A stretch of 64,000 nucleotides of DNA from a bacterium (lineage in GTDB: Bacteria > SAR324 > NAC60-12), in contig CBDBHR010000024.1 in NCBI GenBank assembly GCA_965205865.1, positions 32,001 through 96,000 on the forward strand, written 5' to 3'. Below the pieces are notes generated by a model. That model did not search any database, was not told the DNA's origin, and saw nothing but the letters and a program-made list of their open reading frames with translations. How positions within the stretch are numbered: the first letter of the stretch is position 1; every line of letters begins with the position of its first letter. The position numbers were made by a program, and so were the translations under genes. This document shows, piece after piece, positions 19,277 to 29,127 of this stretch.

Positions 19277-21028
19277 CCCAAATTGAGCGATTCTAAAAAA
19301 GGATCAGATTTTCAAGATGATTTTTTTGCCTGAGAAAGGCAATCATTCTGAAATCAGATTTTGATCATCAAATCCATGGATGTTTGAGTGAGAATGAGCA
19401 TCAAAATGCTGTTTTCAGATGTGGAAGGTCTTCATTTCTCATGTTTTGGACGCACTTATCCCCTTAAACTTTAATGTTTTTGTTTTTTAATTGAAGCGAA
19501 ACCCGTTGATCAGATTGGCGCCAATGCGTGCTGGCAGGTGGCAAATAGTTGGTCCAATTGCAAGCGCTCAAAGGTCTTTTTTGGTATTTTCAAGATCAGT
19601 TTTCCGGCATGACGAAGCAGTTTGCCTGCCGTATCAAGAAACTGGCGCCGGAAGGTATCAGCATACATCGTTACCGCAATCACTGGCTTGCTGACATCTT
19701 CTTTGAAGGATTCGAAGAGGTTATTGCCAAGCAGCATCAGATAGTACCATGCGGTATTGGAAATGAAGTCCTTGAAGGGAAGTTGTTGATGACCAAAGTT
19801 TTTCAGCGCCCGGTTGGCCAGTTCATCCTTTCCCCGTCCGTGGTACGAGCCAAGGATGCTATGAGCATCGATGCGCTTTTCTTCAGCGGCTTGGCTGAGT
19901 TGGCCATCAATGGCCTCTCCCATACCAAGGTTCGTAATGATCACGCCATCATGATCCAAACCCGGCAAAGAGAGTTGGCTATCGTGTTCAATCAAGCGGC
20001 TGTAGATCGTGCGACGAGCCTTCTTCCATGTCCCCTGCTGGCTCTTAAACTCGGTGTACTGCCAGATCTCCTTCTTGCCCGATGAAGTGAAGGTCTGCCA
20101 GTCAGTGGCTTCTTCCGCAGCATTCCTCACATTGGCATAGGACTTTCCTCCGCTTCAGCTAACCGATGTTCAGTCGTTCACAGGTTTCAAAGATTTTTTC
20201 GTCAAAAAAACCGGTGTCCATGCGCACCATGATTGGTACATCATCTCGGTATTGGCGGCGAATCCTTTTCACGATATGAACCAGCATATTCTGAACAGTT
20301 TTCCCGTGATTCGAATGTTTGCTACCTCCGCGAAAAACTGCGTCAACCATATAACGACCCCAATTCATCTGCAGGGGATGAAATCCTTTGACCATCTTGT
20401 AAGTCGGCTGGACACCATGGCGTTTCAGGGCATCATCATTATCAAGTACCATCGAATCCAGACCCAACACAATCACCGTTGGACAAGTCTTCTTCAGTCT
20501 CCAGATAAACAGTATCTGCAGCAGATGACGAAACAGGTAGACTCGTACAAAAGAGAACTTTCCAAAAAATCTTTTCACGGCATGCGAGGAGGCAAGGTCT
20601 TGCTCACTGCATGACAGCAAGGCGGCATAACCCTCGCCCCTTTTGAGGTGATCGAACCAACTGAGATGACGGCTGCTGCCGTCCATGAAAAAACAGAGGA
20701 TCTGCGCAAAAAAATCAGAGACAGCAATTCCTTTTTTATTTTTACGCATCGAACCAAACAACCTTTCGATGATCGGCATCAGCCGAATGCTTTGCAGATA
20801 CTGGGCAAACAAGGCCAATCCGGCACGACTTGTCAAGTGTTCATCGGTTGGCTGAATGGCATCAATTATCTGTTTCTTTTTATCCTGAACTGTTATATTT
20901 TTTCCCATAAAGCTCTCTACCTGTTGGGTTGTGTTAGATTTTGTGAATTTTTTTATTTTAACCACTGAAATATAACACATTTTTCCCAAGGTTGGGAGCT
21001 TTTTTTATTACGAATCGCTCAACTTAGG
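19277..21028 (-). mobile_element. IS1380-family element; transposase broken by a stop plus frameshift near 20155
   Basis: IRs CC(C/T)AA(A/G)TTGAGCGATTC; 5-bp TSD CAATA (19272, 21029); LTSRAGL, LDSMV, RMDTGF, YHGRGKDE motifs. Confidence 0.9.
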
Positions 21029-21206
21029 CAATAGTGAATTGGTTTTGATTCATTTTCGTAACTATTCAGGTCTCTGAAAAACCCGTTTAGTTAAATATCA
21101 TTAAAAAAGATTCCCGGGGAGGATCGATCGTTTTCACGTCCTCTCACGATATTGTTCAATCGATCGGGAACCCTTTCCTTCACTAAAACAACTTAACGAT
21201 GGCATG

Positions 21207-21235
21207 ATCCTAGAACAACAACAACCCAATGTCAA
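21207..21235 (-). promoter_or_regulatory. Probable original SBP3 promoter, now separated from its gene by IS1380
   Basis: TTGACA-N17-TAGGAT on the minus strand. Confidence 0.65.
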
Positions 21236-21409
21236 CTCCCCAAGGCAAAATAAATGCGGGATTCGCAAAAAAAAATCAATAAATCAACGAGGGAGGCGAT
21301 TGATTGTTATTGAAAATGTTGGAAGGCAAAGGACTGGGATTTTTCATTGACTCACGATTCAGTTGCCTTGAACTGTGTGATTTCGGGACCCCATACCTTT
21401 CAATATTAA

Positions 21410-22335
21410 GAACTTATCCTTTAATAACTTGAAAATTGGTATTTCCTGCATTATTTTTGTCATCATGTTCAACCATAAACGCATGGAGGCTATATGGCAA
21501 AAGTACAGTCGTGGGAAGTATCTGATTCATTTTGGGCCAGAGTGGAGCCACTGATACCAAAACCCAAACGTGACCCGAACAAGACCTACAAGCGCAAACC
21601 CGGTGGTGGTAGAAAGCCAATGCCTGCGCGCCAAATTTTCGAGGGAATTGTATATGTTTTGCGCACCGGTTGTCAATGGAGAGCCCTTCCCAAGGAAAAA
21701 TATGGGAGTCCTAGTGCCATCCATGCTCATTTCATGCGTTGGAATGAAGCGGGTTTCTTTTTGTCGCTTTGGCAAGCCGGACTTGCCGAATATGATGAGA
21801 TGGAAGGGATCTCCTGGAAATGGCAAAGCATAGACGGCACGACTGTCAAAGCCCCACTGGCTCAGGAAACCGTTGGTCGAAACCCGACTGACAGGGGAAA
21901 AAAAAGGGAGCAAGCGTCATTTGCTGGTTGACGGCCGTGGTGTCCCGCTGTCCCTCGTCGTAACCGGGGCGAACCGGCATGATGTGACACAGTTGGAATT
22001 GGTCTTGGAGGAAATCGTCATTGCGCGGCCTGAGGGCATTGAACAACATCTGTGCGCAGACAAAGGCTACTACGGTGAGCCAGCATCACAGATAATTCGA
22101 TCCAATGACTATGTGCCACATGTGAAAAAACGGGGTGAAGAGATTCAAGAAAAAAAAGCAAATCCCCAATACAGACCCAGAAGATGGGTCGTCGAGGTGA
22201 GCCATTCATGGTTCAACAGGTTTCGCAAGATAATGGTCCGATTCGAAAAATATAATCAAACTTATCTCGCACTGCTTCAATTGGCTGCAGCTATCATAAC
22301 TTACAGGAAAGTTAATGTTATTTAAGGATAAATTC
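21410..22335 (+). mobile_element. IS5-family element with two ORFs (21494-21931 and 21873-22325) joined at an A8 run
   Basis: 19-bp IRs GAA(C/T)TTATCCTT(T/A)AATAAC; TAA TSD; LRTGCQWRALP, IDGT, ADKGY, RWVVE motifs. Confidence 0.92.
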
Positions 22336-22693
22336 TAAATGTCGCTGCGATGCTCTCCGGCTTTGGGCAGGAGTTCGCAGTACGGGAGGGGTGGGTGGCT
22401 TCAAGATAAATTTCGGAGCGCCTTCTGCGCATGATTCGTGTTTCTTTGGGCGTAGGGAGAGATAATGAGTTGATGAATAATTCGGAAATATAATCGCAAT
22501 TTGGCGTTTTCTGACGTTTCCAGCGTCGTTTGTTGCCATGCCGTCTCATCTGCATGTTATCTACGATTGCTTTCAATTTATTAAGCATGTAAAATCACAC
22601 GTTTTGTTAAATACGAATCAAGACTATGGTCCATAAAATGAGGGGACTGCGCCCTTATCAGTCTTTCCCTATTTTGCTCATATTGGAGGTGAT

Positions 22694-23197
22694 TTGAAGC
22701 GGGAAATGGAATTTGAAGAGATCGATTGGGAAAGTTGGCAAGCCAAAGAACGGGCGACTTTGCTGTTTATCATTTTGGAGGATCAAATCTTGATGATTCA
22801 TAAAAAGGTTGGCTTGGGAGCCGGGAAAATCAATGGTCCCGGAGGGCGTCTGGAGCCAGGGGAAACTCCTCTCGAGGCAGCAATAAGGGAAGTGCGGGAA
22901 GAGATTTGCGTGACTCCGTCAGGAGTGACGAAAATGGGAGAGTTGCGCTTTCAGTTCATTGATGGGTACTCGATCCATGGCTATGTATTCAAAGCCAATG
23001 GTTATATAGGGGATCCCCAGGAAACGGAAGAAGCCATCCCTATGTGGTTTTCGGTAAACGCGCTTCCTTATGAGAAAATGTGGGCCGATGATCGGCTTTG
23101 GATGCCATTGTTGCTGGAAGGAAAATTTTTCGATGCCCGCTTTTTGTTTGAAAAGGAGAAAATGCTGGGACATCGGGTGAGGGTGATTCCTTGCTGA
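22694..23197 (+). CDS. NUDIX hydrolase, MTH1-like 8-oxo-dGTP diphosphatase
   Basis: Nudix box GGRLEPGETPLEAAIREVREE; MWADD motif. Confidence 0.88.
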   Translation: MKREMEFEEIDWESWQAKERATLLFIILEDQILMIHKKVGLGAGKINGPGGRLEPGETPLEAAIREVREEICVTPSGVTKMGELRFQFIDGYSIHGYVFKANGYIGDPQETEEAIPMWFSVNALPYEKMWADDRLWMPLLLEGKFFDARFLFEKEKMLGHRVRVIPC

Positions 23198-23352
23198 ATA
23201 TTTTTTTGTCTCATTCAAATATTCAAATCATTTGTTGTAATAATCTGGAAATAACGCTATCTCGGTTACATCCATATAAACACAGGAAAGGAGATTGCTA
23301 TTTTTACCATTGTTGAAAAGCTTCTTTTTCCCTTTTTACATAAGAGACTGTT

Positions 23353-24796
23353 ATGAATTCACTACCAGAGGGTCTGATCATTGTCAGCAAACGTGATTGT
23401 CCGACCTGCGCCTTGATTGAACCTGTTTATCACCAATTGGCCTCGGGCAAGACGCCACTGACAATTTTCACCCAGGACGACCCCGCATTTCCTTCCGGAA
23501 TGGATTGCGTGGTGGCAGATACCAGTTTGGAACATTCTTATCGACTGAAAATCGAGACGGTTCCCACGCTGATTCGGGTGGACAATGGTCGTGAGAGGGA
23601 ACGACTGGTAGGGTGGCGCAAGGAGGAATGGCAGGTCTTCACCGGGATTGCCTCGTTGGGGGAAAGTCTGCCGGATTATCGTCCGGGGTGCGGATCCATG
23701 AGTGTGGAACCTGGCATTGCAGATGAGCTTGCATTGCGATTCGGGGATACCGAGATGAATGCCCGCAGGATTCGGGTTTCAGCCATGGAAGATGAAATGG
23801 AGGCATGCTTTGACCGGGGTTGGTCCGATGGTTTGCCTGTTGTGCCTCCCACAGAAATTCGCGTATATCGCATGTTGCAAGGAACCAAGCGGGCGCCCGA
23901 TAAGGTGGTGGGAGTCATACCTCCCAACCAGATCCCTTGCACCGTGGAGAAAGTGGCTATCAATGCGGTTTTGGCAGGATGCAAACCGGAATACATGCCT
24001 GTCGTCCTCAGCGCAGTGGAGGCGGCATGCATGGAAGAATTCTGTATGCACGGGTTGTTGTGCACCACGTACTTTTCCGGTCCCATTGTGATTGTGAGCG
24101 GACCCATTGCCAAAGCAATTGGCATGAATTCGGGAATCAATGCATTGGGACAGGGGAACCGTGCCAATGCGACCATTGGAAGGGCGCTTCAATTGATCAT
24201 TCGCAATGTGGGGGGGGGGGGGACGACCCGGAAAAATAGACCGGGCCGCTTTGGGCAATCCTGGGAAATACACTTTTTGTTTTGCCGAAAATCTGGAAGG
24301 GAGTTCTTGGGATTCTCTCTCCAAAGAACGAGGATTTGAATCAGAGGCATCTACAGTCACGCTTTTTGCGGGCGACGGTACGCAAGGTGTGGCGGATCAG
24401 CTCTCCCGCGAGCCGGAATCGTTAATCCTTTCTCTGGCCCATTCGCTGCGAACTGTTGTGAACTATAAATTGGCTATGTCGGGGGATGCATTTTTGATCA
24501 TCTCACCGGAACACAGCCGGGTATTTGAACTAGCGGGATGGTCCAAGGCAAATGTAAAAGAATCAATCAATCAATTGCTCCGGCTTCCTGGCAGCGAAAT
24601 GATTCGGGGAGCCGGAGGCAATTCAGAGGGAATGCCTGAGCGCTTCGCAGACCAGGTTATTCCTAAATTCAGGCCAGGGGGCTTGAATATCGTGCGCGCC
24701 GGAGGCAAGGCAGGCTTGTTTTCCGCCATCATTGCCGGCTGGGTAGCCAGCGGGCCTACCGGCAGTATACCAGTAACCAAGGAGATTATAATATGA
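23353..24796 (+). CDS. Thioredoxin-fold (CPTC) + DGLPVVPPT-domain protein, about 480 aa, split at a G13 run (24210-24222)
   Basis: Frames join as RNVGG(G)RPG; KRDCPTC, WSDGLPVVPPT, VEKVAINAVLAGC, GNRANATIGRA. Confidence 0.82.
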
Positions 24797-25326
24797 AAGA
24801 AAAACGAATATTCCTCGATCCCACATCGGAGCATTCGCCAGCCAAACGGGATCGCATTGCTCGACCCGCGTCTCTGGAAGGCTTAACAGTGGGACTGCTG
24901 GACATTTCCAAAGCGAAAGGGAATGTCTTTTTGGATCAAGTTCAATCAGAGTTGAGTAAACGCGGACTGATGGTCAGACGGTATCAAAAACCCACTTTTG
25001 CCCGAATTGCGCCCACTGCGATCAAGCAGTCGATCACGACAGAATGTGACGTGGTGGTGGAAGCGCTGGCCGATTGAGGCTCCTGCGCATCGTGCAGTGT
25101 GCACGATATCATCGACTTGGAAAAGCGGGGTATTCCGGGAGTCTTCGTCGCTTCGACTGAATTCGAGGAGGCTGCTGCCAGTCAGGCTTCGGCATTGGGA
25201 TACGATCCGGCTCTGGTTTTAGTACCGCACCCCATTCAGGATCGGACTGACGAGGAGCTTCGGGTGATTGCGAATAATGCCATCGAACCAATTCTGGCAT
25301 CAATCAGTGCCGAAGCGACCCATTAA
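24793..25326 (+). CDS. UGSC-family selenoprotein, 177 aa, Sec at codon 95 (TGA 25075-25077)
   Basis: ORFs 24793-25077 and 25099-25326 share a frame and are bridged by ALAD-U-GSCASCSVHD; SECIS-like hairpin follows. Confidence 0.88.
25089..25107 (+). promoter_or_regulatory. Candidate bacterial SECIS hairpin
   Basis: ATCGTGCA-GTG-TGCACGAT: 8-bp stem, loop starts with G, about 20 nt after the UGA. Confidence 0.7.
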
Positions 25327-25340
25327 ATAGAGGAGAATTA

Positions 25341-25811
25341 ATGTCTTTAGAAAATGCTTTGCAAGACATGAGGAGCAAAATAGGAACAGAAACTCGCGTC
25401 AGTGATTGGGTGGAAGTCACACAGGAACGTATCAATCAATTTGCCGAAGCCACCGGAGACCATCAATGGATCCATGTGGACGTGGAGCGTGCCCAAAAAG
25501 AGTCGCCTTTCGGAACGACGATCGCCCATGGCTTTTTCACGCTTTCTCTGCTTCCTTATCTGGCAGGCTTGGGGGGCAAAGTAGGCGCGGAATATGGTGT
25601 GAAGATGGGCGTTAATTATGGCTGCAACCGACTACGATTTCCCCACCCGGTTCCCGTGGGGTGCCGATTGCGTTTGAGGACGGTACTGAAGAGTATCGAA
25701 GCCGTCGAAGGTCAGAACGCCCTGCACTTGATCAATGAAAATACGTTTGAAATCGAAGGAATCGACAAACCGGCCTGTGTGGTCGAATCCGTTTCCCGCA
25801 TGTATTTCTAG
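25341..25811 (+). CDS. MaoC-family dehydratase
   Basis: FAEATGDHQWIHVD, TIAHGFFTLSL, NYG..RLRFP. Confidence 0.92.
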   Translation: MSLENALQDMRSKIGTETRVSDWVEVTQERINQFAEATGDHQWIHVDVERAQKESPFGTTIAHGFFTLSLLPYLAGLGGKVGAEYGVKMGVNYGCNRLRFPHPVPVGCRLRLRTVLKSIEAVEGQNALHLINENTFEIEGIDKPACVVESVSRMYF

Positions 25812-25917
25812 ACGGAACAATCGAAAATTCCCTTCTTGGGAAGAGTGGGGGTGGCATGTATTGCCGTGCGCCTCGCATTTGACGCTACCCCTCCAAGAAG
25901 GAGAATTTCACTACATA

Positions 25918-26149
25918 ACCCGAGTTCGAGATAAGAATTTAATAAATTCAATATGTTATAGAATCTTCATATCTTAGAGAAACCTTGTCATTCCTGCGAG
26001 ATCCCTGCGTACGCAGGGAAGGAATCAAGAGGTATGCAGCCAGACTGAAATCCGGATCCCCGCTCCCCGCTTTCGCGAGGACAAGTTTCGCGAGGATGAC
26101 ATATAAACTAGGATACTCATATTATTAATTTCTTATCTCGAACTCGGGT
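25918..26149. mobile_element. 232-bp MITE with IS982-like ends and an internal REP/RPE-like palindrome
   Basis: 28-bp IR ACCCGAGTTCGAGATAAGAA(T/A)TTAATAA; 6-bp TSD TACATA. Confidence 0.8.
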
Positions 26150-26192
26150 TACATAAGGCGAGTAGGGAGTTTTCGATAAGATTCTATTGGTG

Positions 26193-28085
26193 TTAGAAAT
26201 GAATCTCCAGAGCTTCGAAGGATTGCAATTGAACCGGTTTGGTCAATGCTTCAAAAGTAGGCAATACAACTTTGATGTAAAACCGGACCGTTTTGATTTT
26301 GCTGTCATAAAACCTGGCTTGCGCGTTGTCTTGTAAAAATTCTGAAACATTGGTCTCCCGCACTTGTTTTTCCTGTTTGAGAACTTCGAATTTCTCTGAG
26401 GCAATCAGGGCTTGTTCCAACAAAAAGAATCCCGCTGTGACCGCAGAAAAATGCATCATGAATGGAGTTGCGAAGAGGGCCGGCCCTTCTATTCCTTTCG
26501 GTCCGAGAAGGGATTGAAGGGTCATGGCGGTTTCGGCAATTTTCTCTGCGGATTTGGCCCATTGCCGCACAACTGTTCCCAGCACAGGGTGTTCTCGATG
26601 GGATTGCGCCAATTGATGGAATTCGCCCAATTGGCTGGTGAACAATTCACCATTACGAATGATCATTTTACGTCCGAGTAAGTCCAGAGCCTGGATGCCG
26701 GTTGTGCCTTCATAAATGGCTGTAATCCGCAAATCACGGTAGAGTTGTTCCAGCGGGAAATCTTTGGTGTATCCCACGCCACCCAGGATTTGAATACCCG
26801 TACGGACGATATCCAAGCCCACCTCGGTGCTCCAGGCTTTGCACATGGGAGTGAGCAATTGCACCCGGTCATCAGCAGCTTTTCTCTCTGTTTTCTCTTC
26901 TGCGGCAACAGTAATATCCAAAAACTTGCCAGTGGCATAAAGCAAGGCTCGGATGGCTTCGACCCGGGCTTTCATGTGCATTAGGTTGAGACGTACGTCC
27001 GGGTGTTCGATGATCGCCACCCGAGTAGCATCGGCATCTCCCATTTTGCTGATATGGGCTCCCTGAACACGTTGTTTCGCATAAGCCAGAGCATTTTGGT
27101 AAGCCGCGCTGGCCACTGCCAGGGCAGAGGTTCCTACCCCCAGACGGGCGCCGTTCATCATCTGAAACATCTGTGCCATACCTTGTTGTTCCGCGCCAAG
27201 TAAATAACCGTAGCACTGGTCATCTTCCCCAAAATTCAATACGGCCGTAGCGCTACAATGGATCCCCATTTTCTCTTCCAGGTTTGCCAGCGTCACATCG
27301 TTATTTTCTGCCACGCTTCCATCGTCATCGAGGCGAAAGGCAGGAACCACGAACAGACTCAGTCCCTTAGTGCCGGGAGGCGCTCCCTTGGTGCGTGCCA
27401 GAACCGTATGGATCACGTTGGTACCCAAGTCATTGTCCCCTGATGAAATCCAGCATTTTGTCCCTTTGATCTTGTATCTACCATCTCCCGTGGGTTCAGC
27501 GCTGGTATCGCCAGCTCCCACGTCGGAACCGGCATGAGGTTCGCTGAGGCACATCGTGCCCGTAAATTCGCCACTAAACATTCTGGCAACGTATTGTTCT
27601 TTAAGCGATTCCTTACCAAATGACTCAATCAATTCGGCAGCGCCTTCGGTCAGGGCAAAATACATGGTCAATCCCATATTGCCTCCCGCTAATCCTTCAT
27701 TAATAGCCATTTGCACGAGACGGGGAGCGCCCTGTCCCCCATATTGAGCACTGGTGGATAGAGAAGCCCATCCTAATTCGTAAGCTTGGCGGTAGGGTTT
27801 ATGGAGACAAGCGGGGACAATGGCGCGGCCATTGACCATTTTGCAGCCTTGCCGGTCTGATTCGGCACGGGTAGGATTGATGATCTCGACCGCAAATTTA
27901 TGCCCTTCTTCCAATAAGAGGTTGATCGTATCCTGATCGAAGTCGGCATAACGGGGGAAGCGACTCAATTCAGCCAGATTGAGCCATTCATCGAGGACAA
28001 ATCGAATGTCTTGGGAATCGATGATTAAATCGGTGCTGCTCATTAGTTTCTCCTTGTTCTGCAGTTGCGTCTCTGTCATCATCAT
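26193..28085 (-). CDS. Acyl-CoA dehydrogenase
   Basis: TMCLSEPHAGSD, GTKCWIS, EEKMGIH, GGVGY, IYEGT motifs. Confidence 0.95.
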   Translation of the reverse strand: MMMTETQLQNKEKLMSSTDLIIDSQDIRFVLDEWLNLAELSRFPRYADFDQDTINLLLEEGHKFAVEIINPTRAESDRQGCKMVNGRAIVPACLHKPYRQAYELGWASLSTSAQYGGQGAPRLVQMAINEGLAGGNMGLTMYFALTEGAAELIESFGKESLKEQYVARMFSGEFTGTMCLSEPHAGSDVGAGDTSAEPTGDGRYKIKGTKCWISSGDNDLGTNVIHTVLARTKGAPPGTKGLSLFVVPAFRLDDDGSVAENNDVTLANLEEKMGIHCSATAVLNFGEDDQCYGYLLGAEQQGMAQMFQMMNGARLGVGTSALAVASAAYQNALAYAKQRVQGAHISKMGDADATRVAIIEHPDVRLNLMHMKARVEAIRALLYATGKFLDITVAAEEKTERKAADDRVQLLTPMCKAWSTEVGLDIVRTGIQILGGVGYTKDFPLEQLYRDLRITAIYEGTTGIQALDLLGRKMIIRNGELFTSQLGEFHQLAQSHREHPVLGTVVRQWAKSAEKIAETAMTLQSLLGPKGIEGPALFATPFMMHFSAVTAGFFLLEQALIASEKFEVLKQEKQVRETNVSEFLQDNAQARFYDSKIKTVRFYIKVVLPTFEALTKPVQLQSFEALEIHF

Positions 28086-28220
28086 ACAATGGATTTATGC
28101 AAGATTCAGTTTAAAATGAATCGACCGCTTCGACGATTTTTCCAATCTGCCGGAAATAAGACTTTCGGAAATGGAGTTGCTCCGGTCTTTTCCCCTTGGG
28201 TGTGATATTTCTGTTTTAAT

Positions 28221-29126
28221 TTGAAAATGCCCGCATCTTTTTTTTTCACTTTATGTCTTTTACTGATTTCCTTACCGTTCAACGAAGTGTTGGCAGCGGA
28301 TACGAAGGCATCGAAATCCACGATTCAATGTCCGAAATCCCCCTCACCGCGTCCGTCTTTGAGTTATAAAGAGACGTATCGAAAGATGCCCTTTCAGGTG
28401 GGAGAAAGAGCCGTTTATGAGATTTGGTTCATCGGTGGTCTGGCGGGCCATATCCTGATGGAGGTCAAAAAGCCGTTCAAGCGCAATGGTGTCTGGCATA
28501 GACATTTTTTTACTGAGTTGAAATCGGATAAATCCTATGAGAGTCTGTTTCGAGTCCATGATGAGATGACATCTATTTCAGATCCATTGGATTTCCGAAG
28601 CGTCTATTTTTTTTTCAAACAAGATGAACGGAGTTTGTTTTCTGAGCGAATTCGCCAAGAAAAACATTTGGAATTCGATCACGAACGCTGCCGTGCGCAG
28701 GAAATCATTTTAAAACAGAAAGAAACAAAGAAGCAGGAATTCAATCTGCAATACGGAGCTAAAGACAGTCTGGGAATGATTTATTTTCTACGCACCCTCC
28801 ACTATGAAATAGGTAAGCAGGAGCGTGCTCTGGTTTATTCTTCCACAAAGAACTGGTGGTTGGAAGCCACTCCAGTGGCAAAAGAAACGATTGCAGTCTC
28901 TGCAGGAAAGTTCAAGACCATCAAAATAAAATTGCTGACTTACTTTGGCAAGGAACTCGAGCAGCAGGGGGATGCGTATATCTGGATTGCCGAAACTCGA
29001 AACCGCCCCGTGGTGAAGATCCTGGGAAAGCTCGTCATTGGTAGTATCTTGTTCGAATTGGTGGAGTATGAAGCGGGCAAAAATCCGGAAATGAGCGACT
29101 CTGAAGAAGTGACTGATGAAGGATAG
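28221..29126 (+). CDS. Exported DUF3108-like protein
   Basis: Signal peptide; PFQVGE..Y, ETIAVSAGKF, IWI...RPVVKI. Confidence 0.7.
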   Translation: MKMPASFFFTLCLLLISLPFNEVLAADTKASKSTIQCPKSPSPRPSLSYKETYRKMPFQVGERAVYEIWFIGGLAGHILMEVKKPFKRNGVWHRHFFTELKSDKSYESLFRVHDEMTSISDPLDFRSVYFFFKQDERSLFSERIRQEKHLEFDHERCRAQEIILKQKETKKQEFNLQYGAKDSLGMIYFLRTLHYEIGKQERALVYSSTKNWWLEATPVAKETIAVSAGKFKTIKIKLLTYFGKELEQQGDAYIWIAETRNRPVVKILGKLVIGSILFELVEYEAGKNPEMSDSEEVTDEG

Positions 29127-29127
29127 C

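Noticed and set aside
19258-19281. ORF-track start of SBP3 (TTG 19281)
   Set aside because: The codon comes from the IS1380 terminal repeat, not from the native gene
1-22335. Prophage or ICE as the origin of the accessory region
   Set aside because: No integrase, phage structural, relaxase or conjugation genes; only IS elements and cassette remnants
23195-23197. Sec read-through at the NUDIX TGA following a Cys
   Set aside because: Protein is already full length and AT-rich non-coding sequence follows with no hairpin
25099-25326. Independent 75-aa gene
   Set aside because: Its GTG lies in the SECIS-like hairpin with no SD; better explained as the C-terminal half of the selenoprotein
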